Source: Geosiphon pyriformis uo1 (taxonomy: Eukaryota; Fungi; Glomeromycota). Taken from it: DNA of 64,000 bases. Under the pieces are notes generated by a model. The model was not told where the DNA came from. It saw nothing but the letters and a program-made list of their open reading frames with translations, and searched no databases. Each line of letters opens with the position of its first letter. Position 1 is the stretch's first letter. The translations under genes and the position numbers were made by a program. Location of the stretch: positions 1 to 64,000 of the forward strand of contig JAAOMT010000608.1 in the NCBI GenBank assembly GCA_016748015.1, given 5' to 3'. Below are positions 14,439-26,561 of this stretch, in pieces.

Positions 14439-17400
14439 ATGGCAAAACCTGAAGCTAAAGAGTCCTCATATAAGTGGCAACATTCCCCAAGTACCGATAG
14501 TTCTAGTGATGACAATGATGACGAGGATTCCTCGGTATTTTCGCATGAATATCGTTATCCTCAAGATACACTTGAGGGTAATCATAGTACAATAAAACAT
14601 TTACATCAAATTAATCATGGATCTACACTCTCTTCCTCAACTTCAAGTTTTGTAACAATAACTACCGGAGGCAATGACCCCTCAATAAATACTGTTTGGA
14701 AAGCTGCCGGCAAAGCTATTCACATCCCTGGAGATGATTCTTTATGCGATGGAGTATTAATACGTGAGGGTGGTCATTTTAGTAAACGACAGCGAAAGGA
14801 ATTTATTGTTTTGACGCAGACAAAATTGCTTCGATTCAAAAGCTTTCAAAGAGCATGCGAACATTTTACCTCTTTGTTTCATGATAGTAAAATAGCTGTA
14901 GGCATTACTTCATCCACAAAATTTTTAATACTTGAGCTCGAGGATGTTCTAGCCGTTCATGAACTTCCGAATAACCGATCTGGTAAAATTCAAATAGATT
15001 ATGAACATCAAAATGTCATATATCATGTAACCTTTACTGCTAAAAATGTCGATCAACATCGAAGATGGCTTGGGAAATTTTGTGAGACGATACGAAAACG
15101 AATCCCTCGAGCCATAACTTTATCATCACGACATCGAGAGTTGGTCACAGAAAAATTGAAGTCGCTAGATGATTTGCCCGAAAGATCCGAACATTTGGTC
15201 GCTTTACGAGTTTTACAATTGGACAGATCGAAACACAACTTAATTGCTGCGAATAAAATTCAAGAGGAAAGTCAAGTAGTAATATTCGCCTTGGGAAAGA
15301 ACAATTTATTTATTTTCACCTCAATGGAATCTTTTTCCCCAGAAAATGACGGTAGACAGACCCATCAAACCCAACGATTTAGTTTGCTGGCAATCACCCA
15401 CATAATCTTTAAGGGGCAAGATGATACATTAGAATTGATTGTGAGGCGACCTTACGAAAAGCCACAAAGTATTTTCATATCGTCATCAGCCTGTGACTTG
15501 ATTCTTCAAGAGCTACAAACTGCTATGCAATCATTGACTCCTTGGTATAAAAAGTTATTATGTCACATTGAAGCGCCAAGTTCAGGCAGAGCAAGCTCTA
15601 TATCATCTACAACTTTATCTACTCCAGGTATTCAACCAGATGGTGATTTTTCTAATTGTTTAGAAGCTTATTGTCAAGCATATCATGTTGATCGTGAACG
15701 CATATGTGTCAAGGTGGCTCGACTCTACAATCAAAATACAAGTAGCAGCCAAATTTTTGATGAAGACACTAAAAGTAATACTGATAGGCAAAATTCAGGT
15801 CAACCTAATGAAGAAGCTAGTTTATTGCAAAAAAAGATTCTCACAAGTAGCATGGAAAGTATTTCTCGCCATTCTCTTGACTCATCATTTCTTGGAGTGC
15901 AAGTCATCATTCTACCACCAATTGTACGTAAAAATACTACAGATACAAGTGAATATAGTGCCAGTGAAATCTTGGTCCTCTTAAGATCAATGCGTCATAA
16001 TGAATCAATTCGTGAGATTATTTTCAGATGTGGAAGTTTAGCTGCCTTAGAGGTTATTGATCCCTACATGGGCAAAGTAATTGATGAAGAACTTGAACAA
16101 TACCTCAACCAAGGTCAATCAGCAAATGAAATAGCTGCCAAATTATTTCTAAAGAATACATCACACGCCAAAAAACACCAACAACCCAATCATAATCCAC
16201 TCGTATTTGAATTATATCGTCTATTGACTGGAAACTCGAAACTTTCCAAAATCGATTTTTCTCATTGTGAGCTCAAAGAAAATTATACCTCATCTGGAAC
16301 AATGTCTGTTTTTGGAGCCGTGCTCAAATCACAAATGGCAGGCCTTGATAGTTTACATTTTGGTGGGAACAAAATGTCATACAGAGATATTTCATCATTG
16401 GTGCAAGGCATTCAAGCTCACAAAAAGCCAATTAAAGTACTTGATATTTCTTGTACAGGGCTCCAGGAAGATTCAGTTAATTTAGTGATTGAAAATTTGC
16501 TTTCTCGATTTCCAAAGAGTCTTGAAATGCTCGATATTAGTCAAAATTCGTTTAACATGAGTAGAAGCATTCTTACATTGCTATTTTCCAGTTTTCTATC
16601 ATTATCCACACTACGGCTTGGGGATTCCTTGCACCCAGATTACGTTCTTAATTTACCCTGCCTTACTTTACCAATGTTAGCTAATCTTGTTCTTTCTGGA
16701 ACATCAGTATCATCAAATTCTGCTCATGTTATTTCACAATATATTCGGAGTGATAAATCAGCTGCTCTGAAAACTCTTGCTATAGAAAATTGTAATTTGA
16801 ATGGAGAAGATATTTCCATCATTTTTCAAGCAATCTCGGAAAACCGACCCAATGTAAGATTGCTGGCCGGTTCCAATCCAATTGCCAAAACTACTCATGA
16901 CTTTAAAAAAATTTGCAATTGTATTGCTCTTAATCAAACACCTTGTTGGCTCGGTCTATCTCGTATCGAATGGGTCGAATCACAATTGCGCACTTTTCTG
17001 AGAAGTTTATGTCTCAATAATACCATCGAAGTTTTAGACCTTTCTTTCCCAATTCTAACCCGAGACATTGACGATACTACGACATTATTAATTCGACAAT
17101 TATTTGCGCAAAACTCAACCTTGCGAGAAATCAATCTTGCTGGGGAAGATATTTCACCAATTATAGAAGATTCTATTAAATCTTCCAAAGGAAAATCAAC
17201 AGACAGTTTTCTCTTATCATATAACACACGCTATGGCCCAAAGTTAGGAAAAGCTTTAGATGGTCTAAAGAAGAATACAGCGCTGGTAAAATTAGATTTA
17301 ACTGGAAATGATTTTGGCGATGAAGGAGCCGAAAAATTAAGTGAATCATTGCAAGTTAATACTACATTACGTGAGCTAGGAATCGATAACAATAAGGTAT

Positions 17401-18082
17401 CCCATCACGATTTTGAATGCGCTAAAATATCCGAATTTCACCCAACTTATATTTTCCGAAATATTTTTAGATTGAGGATATAGGTTTTGTGAAACTCTTT
17501 GTGGCGATTTCGGCCAACAAAACTTTGATTCGAATGCCCCAACCCAAAAAAGATCTAAATGCGTTTTTCGCAACACGAACCGTGGAACTTCAACAACTTG
17601 CAAGAGGAGAAGTAGCTGCTGAATATGCCAGGCAAGCAGCTGGGCCATGGGATCGTAAGAAGCTTCAAGAGCAATTGGAGATGCAAAAAGAAGGTCGACG
17701 AGCCACTGAGCAAATGGTTGCCAAAATTGGCAGAATAACGCGGGATATAAGATTAAAGCTCGACGCAAATCGAAAAGAAATCAAGAAATTAACGCCACAG
17801 CTAGTGAATCATACTGTTTTAAGCACTGATACAACAGTTGTCGGGAAAAGCTGGGGATATTATGGCACGTCTTCTAAAACTAGTGATTTCAGAAATGGTG
17901 TGCACTTCGTCGTTTCTAGAAGTCCAACAAGGGCATCCACAAAAGATGTATCCCGTATAACATCGGTTTATGCCGATTGGACTGAGGATAAGCAAAAAAG
18001 TCTGGTTGATAGCGAAATTAATGCAGGAAGGAAAGTGAAGAAAGAAATTTCCATCAGATCACTAAGGCAAGCTACTATTTGA
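14439..18082 (+). CDS. Large protein with PH-like domain(s) and RNI-like leucine-rich repeats (CARMIL-like architecture)
   Basis: Exon 14439-17396, intron 17397-17470 (GT..AG), exon 17471-18082 in frame. N-terminal PH-like signature (RKEFIVLTQTKLLRFKS ... QHRRWL); RNI LRRs (NTALVKLDLTGNDFGDEGA, NTTLRELGIDNN). Confidence 0.8.
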
Positions 18083-18670
18083 AAATTTCGAGATCTATGT
18101 ACCTATAGGTCAAAGATATATCAATTGAGGACCTGCAGCATGATGTATCTTCGTTTCTATATTTTATCACTTTATAAACTTAGTTTTTTCTTCCCATTAC
18201 TTTAACTATTCAAAGCTGAAATTAATGCTAAAAGGAAGAAAAATAACATATAATTTATTAGTTTCTATTTATTGGACGTAAAAAACAGTTAAATTAGGAT
18301 CAAAAAAAGCTACAATTGAAATAAACTTAACCCAACTTTAAGTTTAGTTTGTCAAAATTCAAGACTAAATATTTTATTCCAACTTAATCATTTACAGAGA
18401 AATAAAGTAAACAATAATCATGACGTTTGAGGGAATGATTTGATTAAATCCACCTAATATAACTCAAAAATTAAACTTGCACGAAATTTGGTTGCAAGCC
18501 AAAGTTTCTTGTATGCAATAAATTCATTAATGAATATTAAACTTCCAATATAATTTCTGGAAATGACTTTTTGAACTATCAATTTTGTTTTTGGAGCTAG
18601 ACACCTGCTTTCAAAATTTCTCTATTCTTTAGCAATTTCCCCGGTACCACCTGCTTGCTTAAAAACTGGT

Positions 18671-20337
18671 ATGTCTAGCCGTAAAAATAAGAGTGACAAT
18701 GGATTATGGAGCAATTGCGCCTTAGACCAATCTTATACCTGGGAAAACTTTGGTTTTGATTCTGATGGGGATTCTCCAAAGTGGGGAGAATTTGGTCAAG
18801 GTATTTCATCATTTTTTGAAGATTATAGCTTTATTCCCTCGTAGTCCTTACAGAGAAGTTGGGTTGCTAGAAATAAAAACAAAGTTTAATCAAATAAAGG
18901 AGAGGAATTTGATATTGGGGGCCATGACAATACAACACAATGCGGCAATTCCAATAAAGAGCTCAGCTCAACCAATATACCCACCTCACATTCTTTTGAT
19001 AAAAGTTGGGTTGATACCACAAATTTAAAAAATCTGAACAGAAGTCAATTGAATTTGTCGAATGGTCCTGAGATTGCAACACAACGGGATGGATTCATTC
19101 AGGGTAAAACCAGTTTTAAAAAGATAATTTCTTATAAAAAAAACTTCTAACAAAATCTGAATATATCCCCTCAAGCTATGAGTAATCAGGCAAAAGGCCA
19201 ATTAAATTCATGGGATGCCTTTAAATTTGGTGGTAATAAGGATATACCACAATTGGATAAAATCAGTTCAGCTAAGAAGACAGTTTCTGATAGTAAGAGA
19301 TCAAGGCAAATTAGCTCGAATTATCCCATTGTTGGAAATGAATCAAATGCATGGGGTGACTTTGGTTTCGATTCTGATGAAACTCCACCGAAATGGGGGA
19401 ACTTAAATCAGAAATTTTCATCTATGAATAGATCTGGTTCCAGGAGTATCCCCTCCCCCTCCCCCTTTGAGTTTTTAAAAAAAAGTCAATTTAATTTTGC
19501 GGCTGTCGAAAATAAGCTTCCAAGTAATAGAAAAGCAACTGAAAAGCAGGTCAATGATGTAAATTTTGACAATGGATATTACAATAAGAGCAAAACCAAT
19601 TCATCCGGCATCAGATGTTCCTTGAGAAGTCAAACAAGCTCAAATAAGGATTTATTTTCAAAAAGACCTGAAGCTCATCATGAAATTCAATCAATTCTTG
19701 ATTCAAAAAAAGATGATGTAAGTTTATAAATGATTTTTAACTTCATTTATTTTACCAACCTTTATTATGTATCTTTTTGGTCAAGGGACAAGAATGGTTT
19801 TACGCAAAATGGACTCACATGAAATTCCCAATGTATGTAGTTTTATCAAAATCAACCGAGTTTCAAACTTTGTTTAAATAACCAAATAATTCTCTTTGAT
19901 TGTCAATTTTGAATGGTTCAAACAGATGGCAAAGTGAACAAAGTCTTAGAGATTGGCCAGAACAAATTGCGAGCTATAGGAATATCGAATGGTTTCAAAA
20001 GAGAAATTATGAACAGTATTACAAGCAGCCAAGGGAAAATTGTCCTAAGTGGGATAATTTTGCCGGCTTGGTATCAAGTAAGTTAGAAAGAATAAACCCC
20101 AATCCCGACTCCACTTACGAGCATGGATCACGGGAAATGATCAATATAACGTTACAAAAGATGCATCTAGTCTTACAGGCAGCGTATCGCGAAGGAAAAA
20201 ATTTACACTTACAAATGTATGATAAACATGTATTGGAAAGGACAAAAAATGAGCTACAGAAAAAGTATGACGGTGTGAGAATTGAGGAAATAAAATTTGC
20301 GGAAATAGGAGTTGAGACAGATATGAGTATTACATAG
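18671..20337 (+). CDS. Hypothetical multi-exon protein with repeated WxxF/FGFDSD motifs (exon 2 frame unresolved; may be partly pseudogenised)
   Basis: ATG 18671 (MSSRKNKSDNGLWSNCALDQSYTWENFGFDSDGDSPKWGEFGQ), then a GT donor; downstream ORFs 19178-19729 and 19900-20337. A TAA near 18887 interrupts the most protein-like frame of exon 2. Confidence 0.55.
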
Positions 20338-21172
20338 GTCCAAGCTTGAATGAGTTCCCTTTGCGTCAGGCTTCTCGCAATCAGAATTTACTGCAATACT
20401 TACTACAGGTAATTAGGAAGACTGAGATGAAAATTTAGTTAATTTTGATAGTATTACTTGATATTTGTATCAATTTGCAAATTAGAACACCAAAGATTGA
20501 ATTTCTGTGCATGATATTTTTTAGCTATGTCATATCCTTTAATTCAAAAATTTTGGTTTAGTCAATATTTTTGATGTTTGAACGTCAAATTGGTATTTTT
20601 TAAGACAAATTTTAAACAATATTCGGTTGTGAAAATACAACGATCCCCAATTTTGTGGTGTCATTCGACTTATTTTGGTTCCTATAAATCAGCAGGTTAA
20701 ACGTCGACAAAAGTCTCTAAAGACGTCAAGATTTGACGCCAGAATTCACAATTAATCATGATACATTTTAAAAGAAATATACTTCAGCAACTACTCTTTA
20801 GCTTGGTCGTATCCACCGGACAAATAGAATAATTACATTATTTTCTCTTGGGGTTGAATAAAGTGGATTACAAGAATGTTATATGGCTTAAATTAAGTTG
20901 GACTTCTTGACTTTTTTGGTACCATTCATTAAATTCTATTGAAAAGGGATTATAAATTAAGGTTTCCTAATTGCTTAGTGGCCTTCCTTTTGGTGAGTTC
21001 ATTAACAAAATGACGTAGAAAACTTATTGGTTTGAATAGATACGTAACTAATGGAGAATGAACTTTGGTACCCACTTCAATCAATTATAATAATTTTTGA
21101 AAGTAAGCTTGATATTTAATTGATCATTTCAAGAGATTTAACAAGTTTGTTTGCTAGAGACCTTCCTATTAA

Positions 21173-21648
21173 TTAAATAAAAAATCGATATAGGCCGACG
21201 AAAACGAAACCTGATGGAATATTTTTAAGTAAAATGTAAAGTGAGATTAATAAATGAGTCTAAATTAGTAGAAACCCAACACAACCTTCATTGTGAAGAA
21301 TTTGATTTTTTTAAGATCCTAGGCTTCATCTTTTATATTCTTAATCTCAAAAAGTTTAAAATTTCACTTGCCAGATCCAAGGACATTCAATCCGACACGT
21401 TTGAGCCCAATCATTCTTATTGTTCTTAAATCTGTTTTATTTTTCGAGCTCAACTGTCTACGTTGACTAATTATATAAAAACCTATTCCAATAAAAGCAC
21501 CACCACCTATAATTTTGCATGACAGACAATCTTTGTATTGTTTAGTAGCTGGTTCGTCAGGCTGCTTAGATATTTTTTGCGGTTGGTTGTACAATGAAGA
21601 ATGATTTGCTGACGATGTAGAATTTGTAGCGTTTTGAATATCAGACAT
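21173..21648 (-). CDS. DUF4536 / DMAC1-like small mitochondrial membrane protein
   Basis: Motif YKDCLSCKIIGGGAFIGIGFYI. Exon 21648-21372, GC-AG intron 21371-21211, exon 21210-21173 giving ...VLGSGFVFVGLYRFFI*. Confidence 0.8.
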
Positions 21649-22486
21649 TCTTCGGGGCTTTTTGTCATGTTTAGAAATATTTACTTGAGCGTGCTGATTA
21701 GTATAAATAAATCAAACGAACCAATTAAATGATTTAATCAATATCTTTAATTAAATCTGATATTTTAAGCTTTTGATATTAAGTATAATCTTAACAGTTA
21801 AAATATGTTTAAGATTTTTCAGAATGAATAATCCACTGGATTATACAAAATTGGATAATATTTAAAATTAATCAACAATTGGTTTAATTTTTTTTAATTA
21901 GAATTTGGAATACTTAACATTTTAAAATATCATCATCTTTTGGAAACTTACAATTTTATCCTGAAGCAAAGCGTTTTCTAACCTTTCATTATATACTTCC
22001 CGATACCCTTCAATTAAAAGTGAATAACCCAATATATTAAAGAGGTTTTAAAAAAATATTTAAAGGATTTAAGAAAATATTTGAAGACAAAATTACTTTC
22101 AAAAAAAAAGCCTTGCGATATTAATCCATTCAATTTCATATATAAATTAATAAAAAGGTCAACAAAAAGATCGTTAGAAAGACGAAGACTTTCAAAACTC
22201 ACCCAAAGATCTAGAAAGGTTGTAATGGCTGGGCTCTTTTAATAATACTGACTAAAGATATTGAGTTTTCAAATTAATTTACGGTTCCCGGTCCAATAAA
22301 TATTTTTAGCCATGAATTTCACATATTCTTTTTAAAATTCTGAGACGCTTTCTATACATGATGCATGAATAAGTCTTAGGCATTAAAGCTTGAATTGGTC
22401 AAGTATATTATTTAAATTTCAAAAAAGTTGGCATTGAATCTTATCCTTTAGGCTTTTATCCAATTTTAGGCTTCAATTAGGGTATA

Positions 22487-23685
22487 CAGTGTGTTGCGAA
22501 AAAATTGGACAGAAAAAAATAATCGCTGTGCTTTATCCAATGCACCAAAAGATATAAATTATATACCATTAGAAAGCTAAAAAGCACATAATTTTATTAA
22601 AAAAAATTTATTATGATATTCTTTCCCCCTTATTCGCAATTATCATCTCACAACGGTGTTTCATTGATCCCACTAACCCAATTAGAGTAGATCGGGGAAT
22701 ATTTGGCCACTCTTCCTTCATAAACTGATCTAATTCATCCCGATTTTTGGGCATACGCTTCTCCGCATTCCTTTTCACAATAGCCCATAAGTTTTCAATG
22801 AGATTCAAGTCAGGACTATTAGAAGGCCAAGCTATAACTTCAGGCATATTCTCTTGAAGAAAGGCTTTGGCTAGATGGCTTGTGTGCTTTGGGTTATTGT
22901 CCTGTTGAAACCGCCACTCATTCCCTAACATTCCTCTTATCTCAGGTAAATTTTCACGTATAATTTCTACATAGAACTTAGCATCCATTATTTGGGTAAA
23001 ACAAAATAAACTTACCTTTTCTTTCTCATAAAAACCACCCCACGCCATAATTTTTGTTCGATCTTTTGGTATAGCACGAGTTGGTCGCTGGCCTTTATAC
23101 CAACGTTCTACTGTATTTCGGAATAGACAAAAAGCTGTTTCATCCGAAAAAACAGTTCTTTTCCAATTATCATTCAGATTTTCTTGAGCCCACTTTACAC
23201 AATTTTCCTTGTGGAGATTGGTGAGCATTGGAGTTGCCAAAGGCAAGTCTTTTTTATATCCATGATTAATTAAATGCCTTTGGATAGTACTAGGAGAAAC
23301 GTCTACATTATTTTTTGCTAATTTTATTTTCAAAGTCCTCAAAGATATTGAAGAATCTCGACGGAGGTATTGTCCTAATGTTCGCATCTCCTTTAATTTT
23401 TCGCGGCCGACCATTTCCACCCGCATGCTCCACAATTCCTGTTTTTTCGAGTTTTTTAAGGATATTATAGATAGTAAAGTGTGGTATATTTGTTCGCTGT
23501 TTTATTTCAGTTGCGTCTCGCATCCCTTCATTCCAAAAATATAATACGGTTTGGCGCTGTGTTTCTTGCTTGGAAGGTAGCATTGTGCAAGAAAATTTCT
23601 AAAAAAATTATTAGCCTAATTCAACCGCCACAAACTAACTAAAATTGGTTAAACTGTATCAAGTTTTGTGATGAGCAACACATTG
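22487..23685 (-). mobile_element. Tc1/mariner DNA transposon (Tc1, DD34E), about 1.2 kb
   Basis: TA flanks at 22485-22486 and 23686-23687. Imperfect TIRs CAGTGTGTTGC... / CAATGTGTTGC...; internal transposase. Confidence 0.9.
22611..23583 (-). pseudogene. Frameshifted Tc1 transposase
   Basis: N-terminal HTH and GRPRK motif (ORF 23308-23583), frameshift near 23385, then FSDE, FQQDNNPKH and SPDLNLIEN, with 34 residues between the second D and the E. Confidence 0.9.
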
Positions 23686-23905
23686 TATGCTATTAAGGGT
23701 ACAGGCTGGAGTTGTATCACCTTACTTTTCATCAGTATAAAAACTAGCTTAACTTTTAAAATCTATTTTGAGGATCATCGTTTCAAAGCTTTATTTAAGA
23801 AACCTTTTTTATTATCTAAAAACTTTTGAAAATATCAAAGTCACAACTTTAATATTCCCTAGGTTTTTGAGTATTTTTAAAACCCTCGCTGAAAAATTTG
23901 AAAAA

Positions 23906-24397
23906 ATGATCCAACTATCATTCAACTCGAGATTCTTAATCTCCTTTGTTTTATTCTTCCTCGTTAACATTTCCATACCTGGTACGCTAGGAATCCCACA
24001 ATCATCCAATCTGAAACAAACCCTTGTAGCCAGATCAACTTTTCAGACAGACCCATTGCTGGGAAATACAGTATCAGGAATTGTAAACTATTATAAAACC
24101 TCGAACTCTGATATCATCATTTCGGGTGAATTTGACACCGGATTCGAAGACCCTAATATCACAAAATATGCTTTTGCGATCCAAAAAGATGGTGATATTA
24201 AGAATTCATTCTCTTTAGATGGATTATTTCAATTTAAAATATTCAGTGCTGGAACTGATCATTGGACTACGGGACCGATTCCAAATTTGAGTGTAGATAA
24301 TGAAGTAAATGGAAAGATTAATATCGTTGGTAAAACATTTTATGTTCGGTATCAACGAACGACTATTATTGGTGCTGCAATTATCAAAAAGGTCTAA
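23906..24397 (+). CDS. Secreted 163-aa protein, possibly a Cu/Zn-SOD-like beta-sandwich without metal ligands
   Basis: Single exon from ATG 23906 with a hydrophobic signal peptide. Strand pattern VSGIVNY...IIISGEF.TG...YAFAI...NIVGKTFYV...IGAAII parallels SOD1. Confidence 0.7.
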   Translation: MIQLSFNSRFLISFVLFFLVNISIPGTLGIPQSSNLKQTLVARSTFQTDPLLGNTVSGIVNYYKTSNSDIIISGEFDTGFEDPNITKYAFAIQKDGDIKNSFSLDGLFQFKIFSAGTDHWTTGPIPNLSVDNEVNGKINIVGKTFYVRYQRTTIIGAAIIKKV

Positions 24398-25032
24398 ATG
24401 ACATAGATTTTATAGGTCATGATTGGAAGAGGTATTGTGAAATAAAGTGAGAAGTTATAATATTTTTATTGTAAAAGCCTCTATATGAGATTAGTTATAT
24501 AAGTGAACTCAAGCTTCGTAATTGCATTCCAAAAGCTCTAAATACTAGGATATTAGATGAAATAAAATTTACTTTTTATTTTCAGATTTTAAGATTTCAG
24601 AAAATAAATGAATCATCAAAAATTTCATTTTAGTATGAAAATTTATAAATTTCTTTATTAAATTAAAATCATCCTTAGAAACTTGACCCAATTTATTTTC
24701 ACAAGTAATTAATGAAACAACTTCACATCAGAAAAAACACGAAGGGGCGTGCTTTCGCTAAAAGAAAACATCCGATTGGCTTGCTCGGGAAAATTGAGGT
24801 TTGTTTAACGAATGCAGAGATAGTAGATTTCCGTATCGGAAATATTAGATACCGTAATTTCCCGGGGCAAATATCATGAAAATTTAGTTCATCCGAGTTT
24901 TTATTCATGAAAATAAAGAGATATCTAGAGTCTTTGGCCAAAAATTAATCGAAAAAACCTTTTTTCTCTTTCTCAGAATTGTCTCAATTTGTATTTGTTA
25001 TTAAAATTCCTTGTTTTCGAAAACACTTTACA

Positions 25033-26561
25033 ATGGCAACCGGGTCAAAAAAGTTCTGGTATGAACCACTGATTGATAACGGCTATCTACCCGATTTCCT
25101 AATGCGAGTTGCAATTCGAATGATTCTCAAAGGCCGAGCAAAAGAGCTAAATAACCTTGTAGTGGCAGCAAACTATGGTCAGAAAGTTTCCTACATTGAT
25201 AGCTTGAGACAACGATTGATCGCTGAAGAACCCGACGCTGCTAATAAGCAGCATTATGAGGTCAGAGGAATTTAATGATATCATTCAAGTTGCTATAATT
25301 TAATTTTGTAATTCCTCATTGATTTGAAATAAGATTTTTTCCAGGTTTCGACAGAATTCATGCAAATGAGTTTAGGCAAGCGAATGAAGTATTCAGCTTG
25401 TCTATTTCCTACAGGTTTTGAATTTTGATTGAATCATGATATTATATTCGTGAATTTCATAACAAGTATTTTTCCTTTTGATATTTTCTATAGGAACCGA
25501 AACTCTAGATGAAGCAGAAGAAAGAATGCTTGAAACCTATTGTGAGAAAGCCCAGATCAATGACGGATTAGAGATTTTGGATTTAGGATGTGGTTGGGGA
25601 AGTTTATGCTTGTTTTTATGTGAGGTACGCATTTTTAAAAGATATTTCGAGCTGTTAAACATTTCCTCAAAAATGGGTCAACAAATAATTTTTAATTTTT
25701 TTGACTCAAGAAATATCCAAAAGCTAGCATAACAGCACTTTCAAATTCAGCTACTCAACGAAAGTATATTGAGGGAATCGCAAAAGACAAAGGATTCAAC
25801 AATTTGAGAGTCATTACTGCTAATGTAGACAACTTCAACTTTCAAGATGAGAAAAAGTGAATATACTTTGCTTTTCCAAGAAAAGTTTCATATTGTAATA
25901 AAACTCTTGAGATTCAATCATTCTTTCCCTATCGTTTAGATTCGATAGGGTCATCTCGATTGAAATGTTTGAACATATGAAAAACTATCAAACCTTGCTC
26001 AAAAAAATTGCCGGATGGTTGAAACCGGATGGATATTTGTTTATACATACTTTTTGTCACAAAAGTATGCCATACGATTTTGAAGGGGATGATAGCTGGA
26101 TGACCAAATATTTTTTCACGGGTAAATAAATTTCTCAAATCCCTGAATTCCCTTCCTATTACTGTAAGACTGCCTTTTTGTTAAAGTACATAATTTTTTA
26201 GGCGGTACAATGCCATCGATCGACCTCTTCCTTTACTTTCAACAAGACCTTATAATAGAAAACCAATGGGTTTATAATGGGAAACATTACGCCCAAACCA
26301 GTGAAGAATGGTTAAAGCTAATGGATAATAATAAATCTGATGCGATCCCATATCTCGTGGAGACATATGGTAAGTTTTTGAAAAACCTTTCCATAATGTT
26401 GTATACCTTATTAAAATTTATCATTTTGACTAGGTGCCGAAAATGCAAACTCATGGTTCAATCGTTGGCGAGTTTTCTACATTACTGTTGCTGAATTTTT
26501 TGGGTATAATGACGGAAATGAGTGGTGCGTTGTGCATTACTTGTTTAAAAAACGGGCTTAA
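25033..26561 (+). CDS. SAM-dependent methyltransferase, coclaurine N-methyltransferase / cyclopropane fatty acyl synthase-like
   Basis: Multi-exon gene. Motifs ANKQHYEV, LGKRMKYSACLF, ILDLGCGWGSL, ISIEMFEHMKNY, FFTGGTMPS, NGKHYAQTSEEWL, C-terminal EWCVVHYLFKKRA*. Confidence 0.92.

Noticed and set aside
15053-17768. Short antisense or alternative-frame ORFs within long genes (also within the oxidoreductase, nuclease, HTH and P450 genes)
   Set aside because: Shadow ORFs of real coding sequence.
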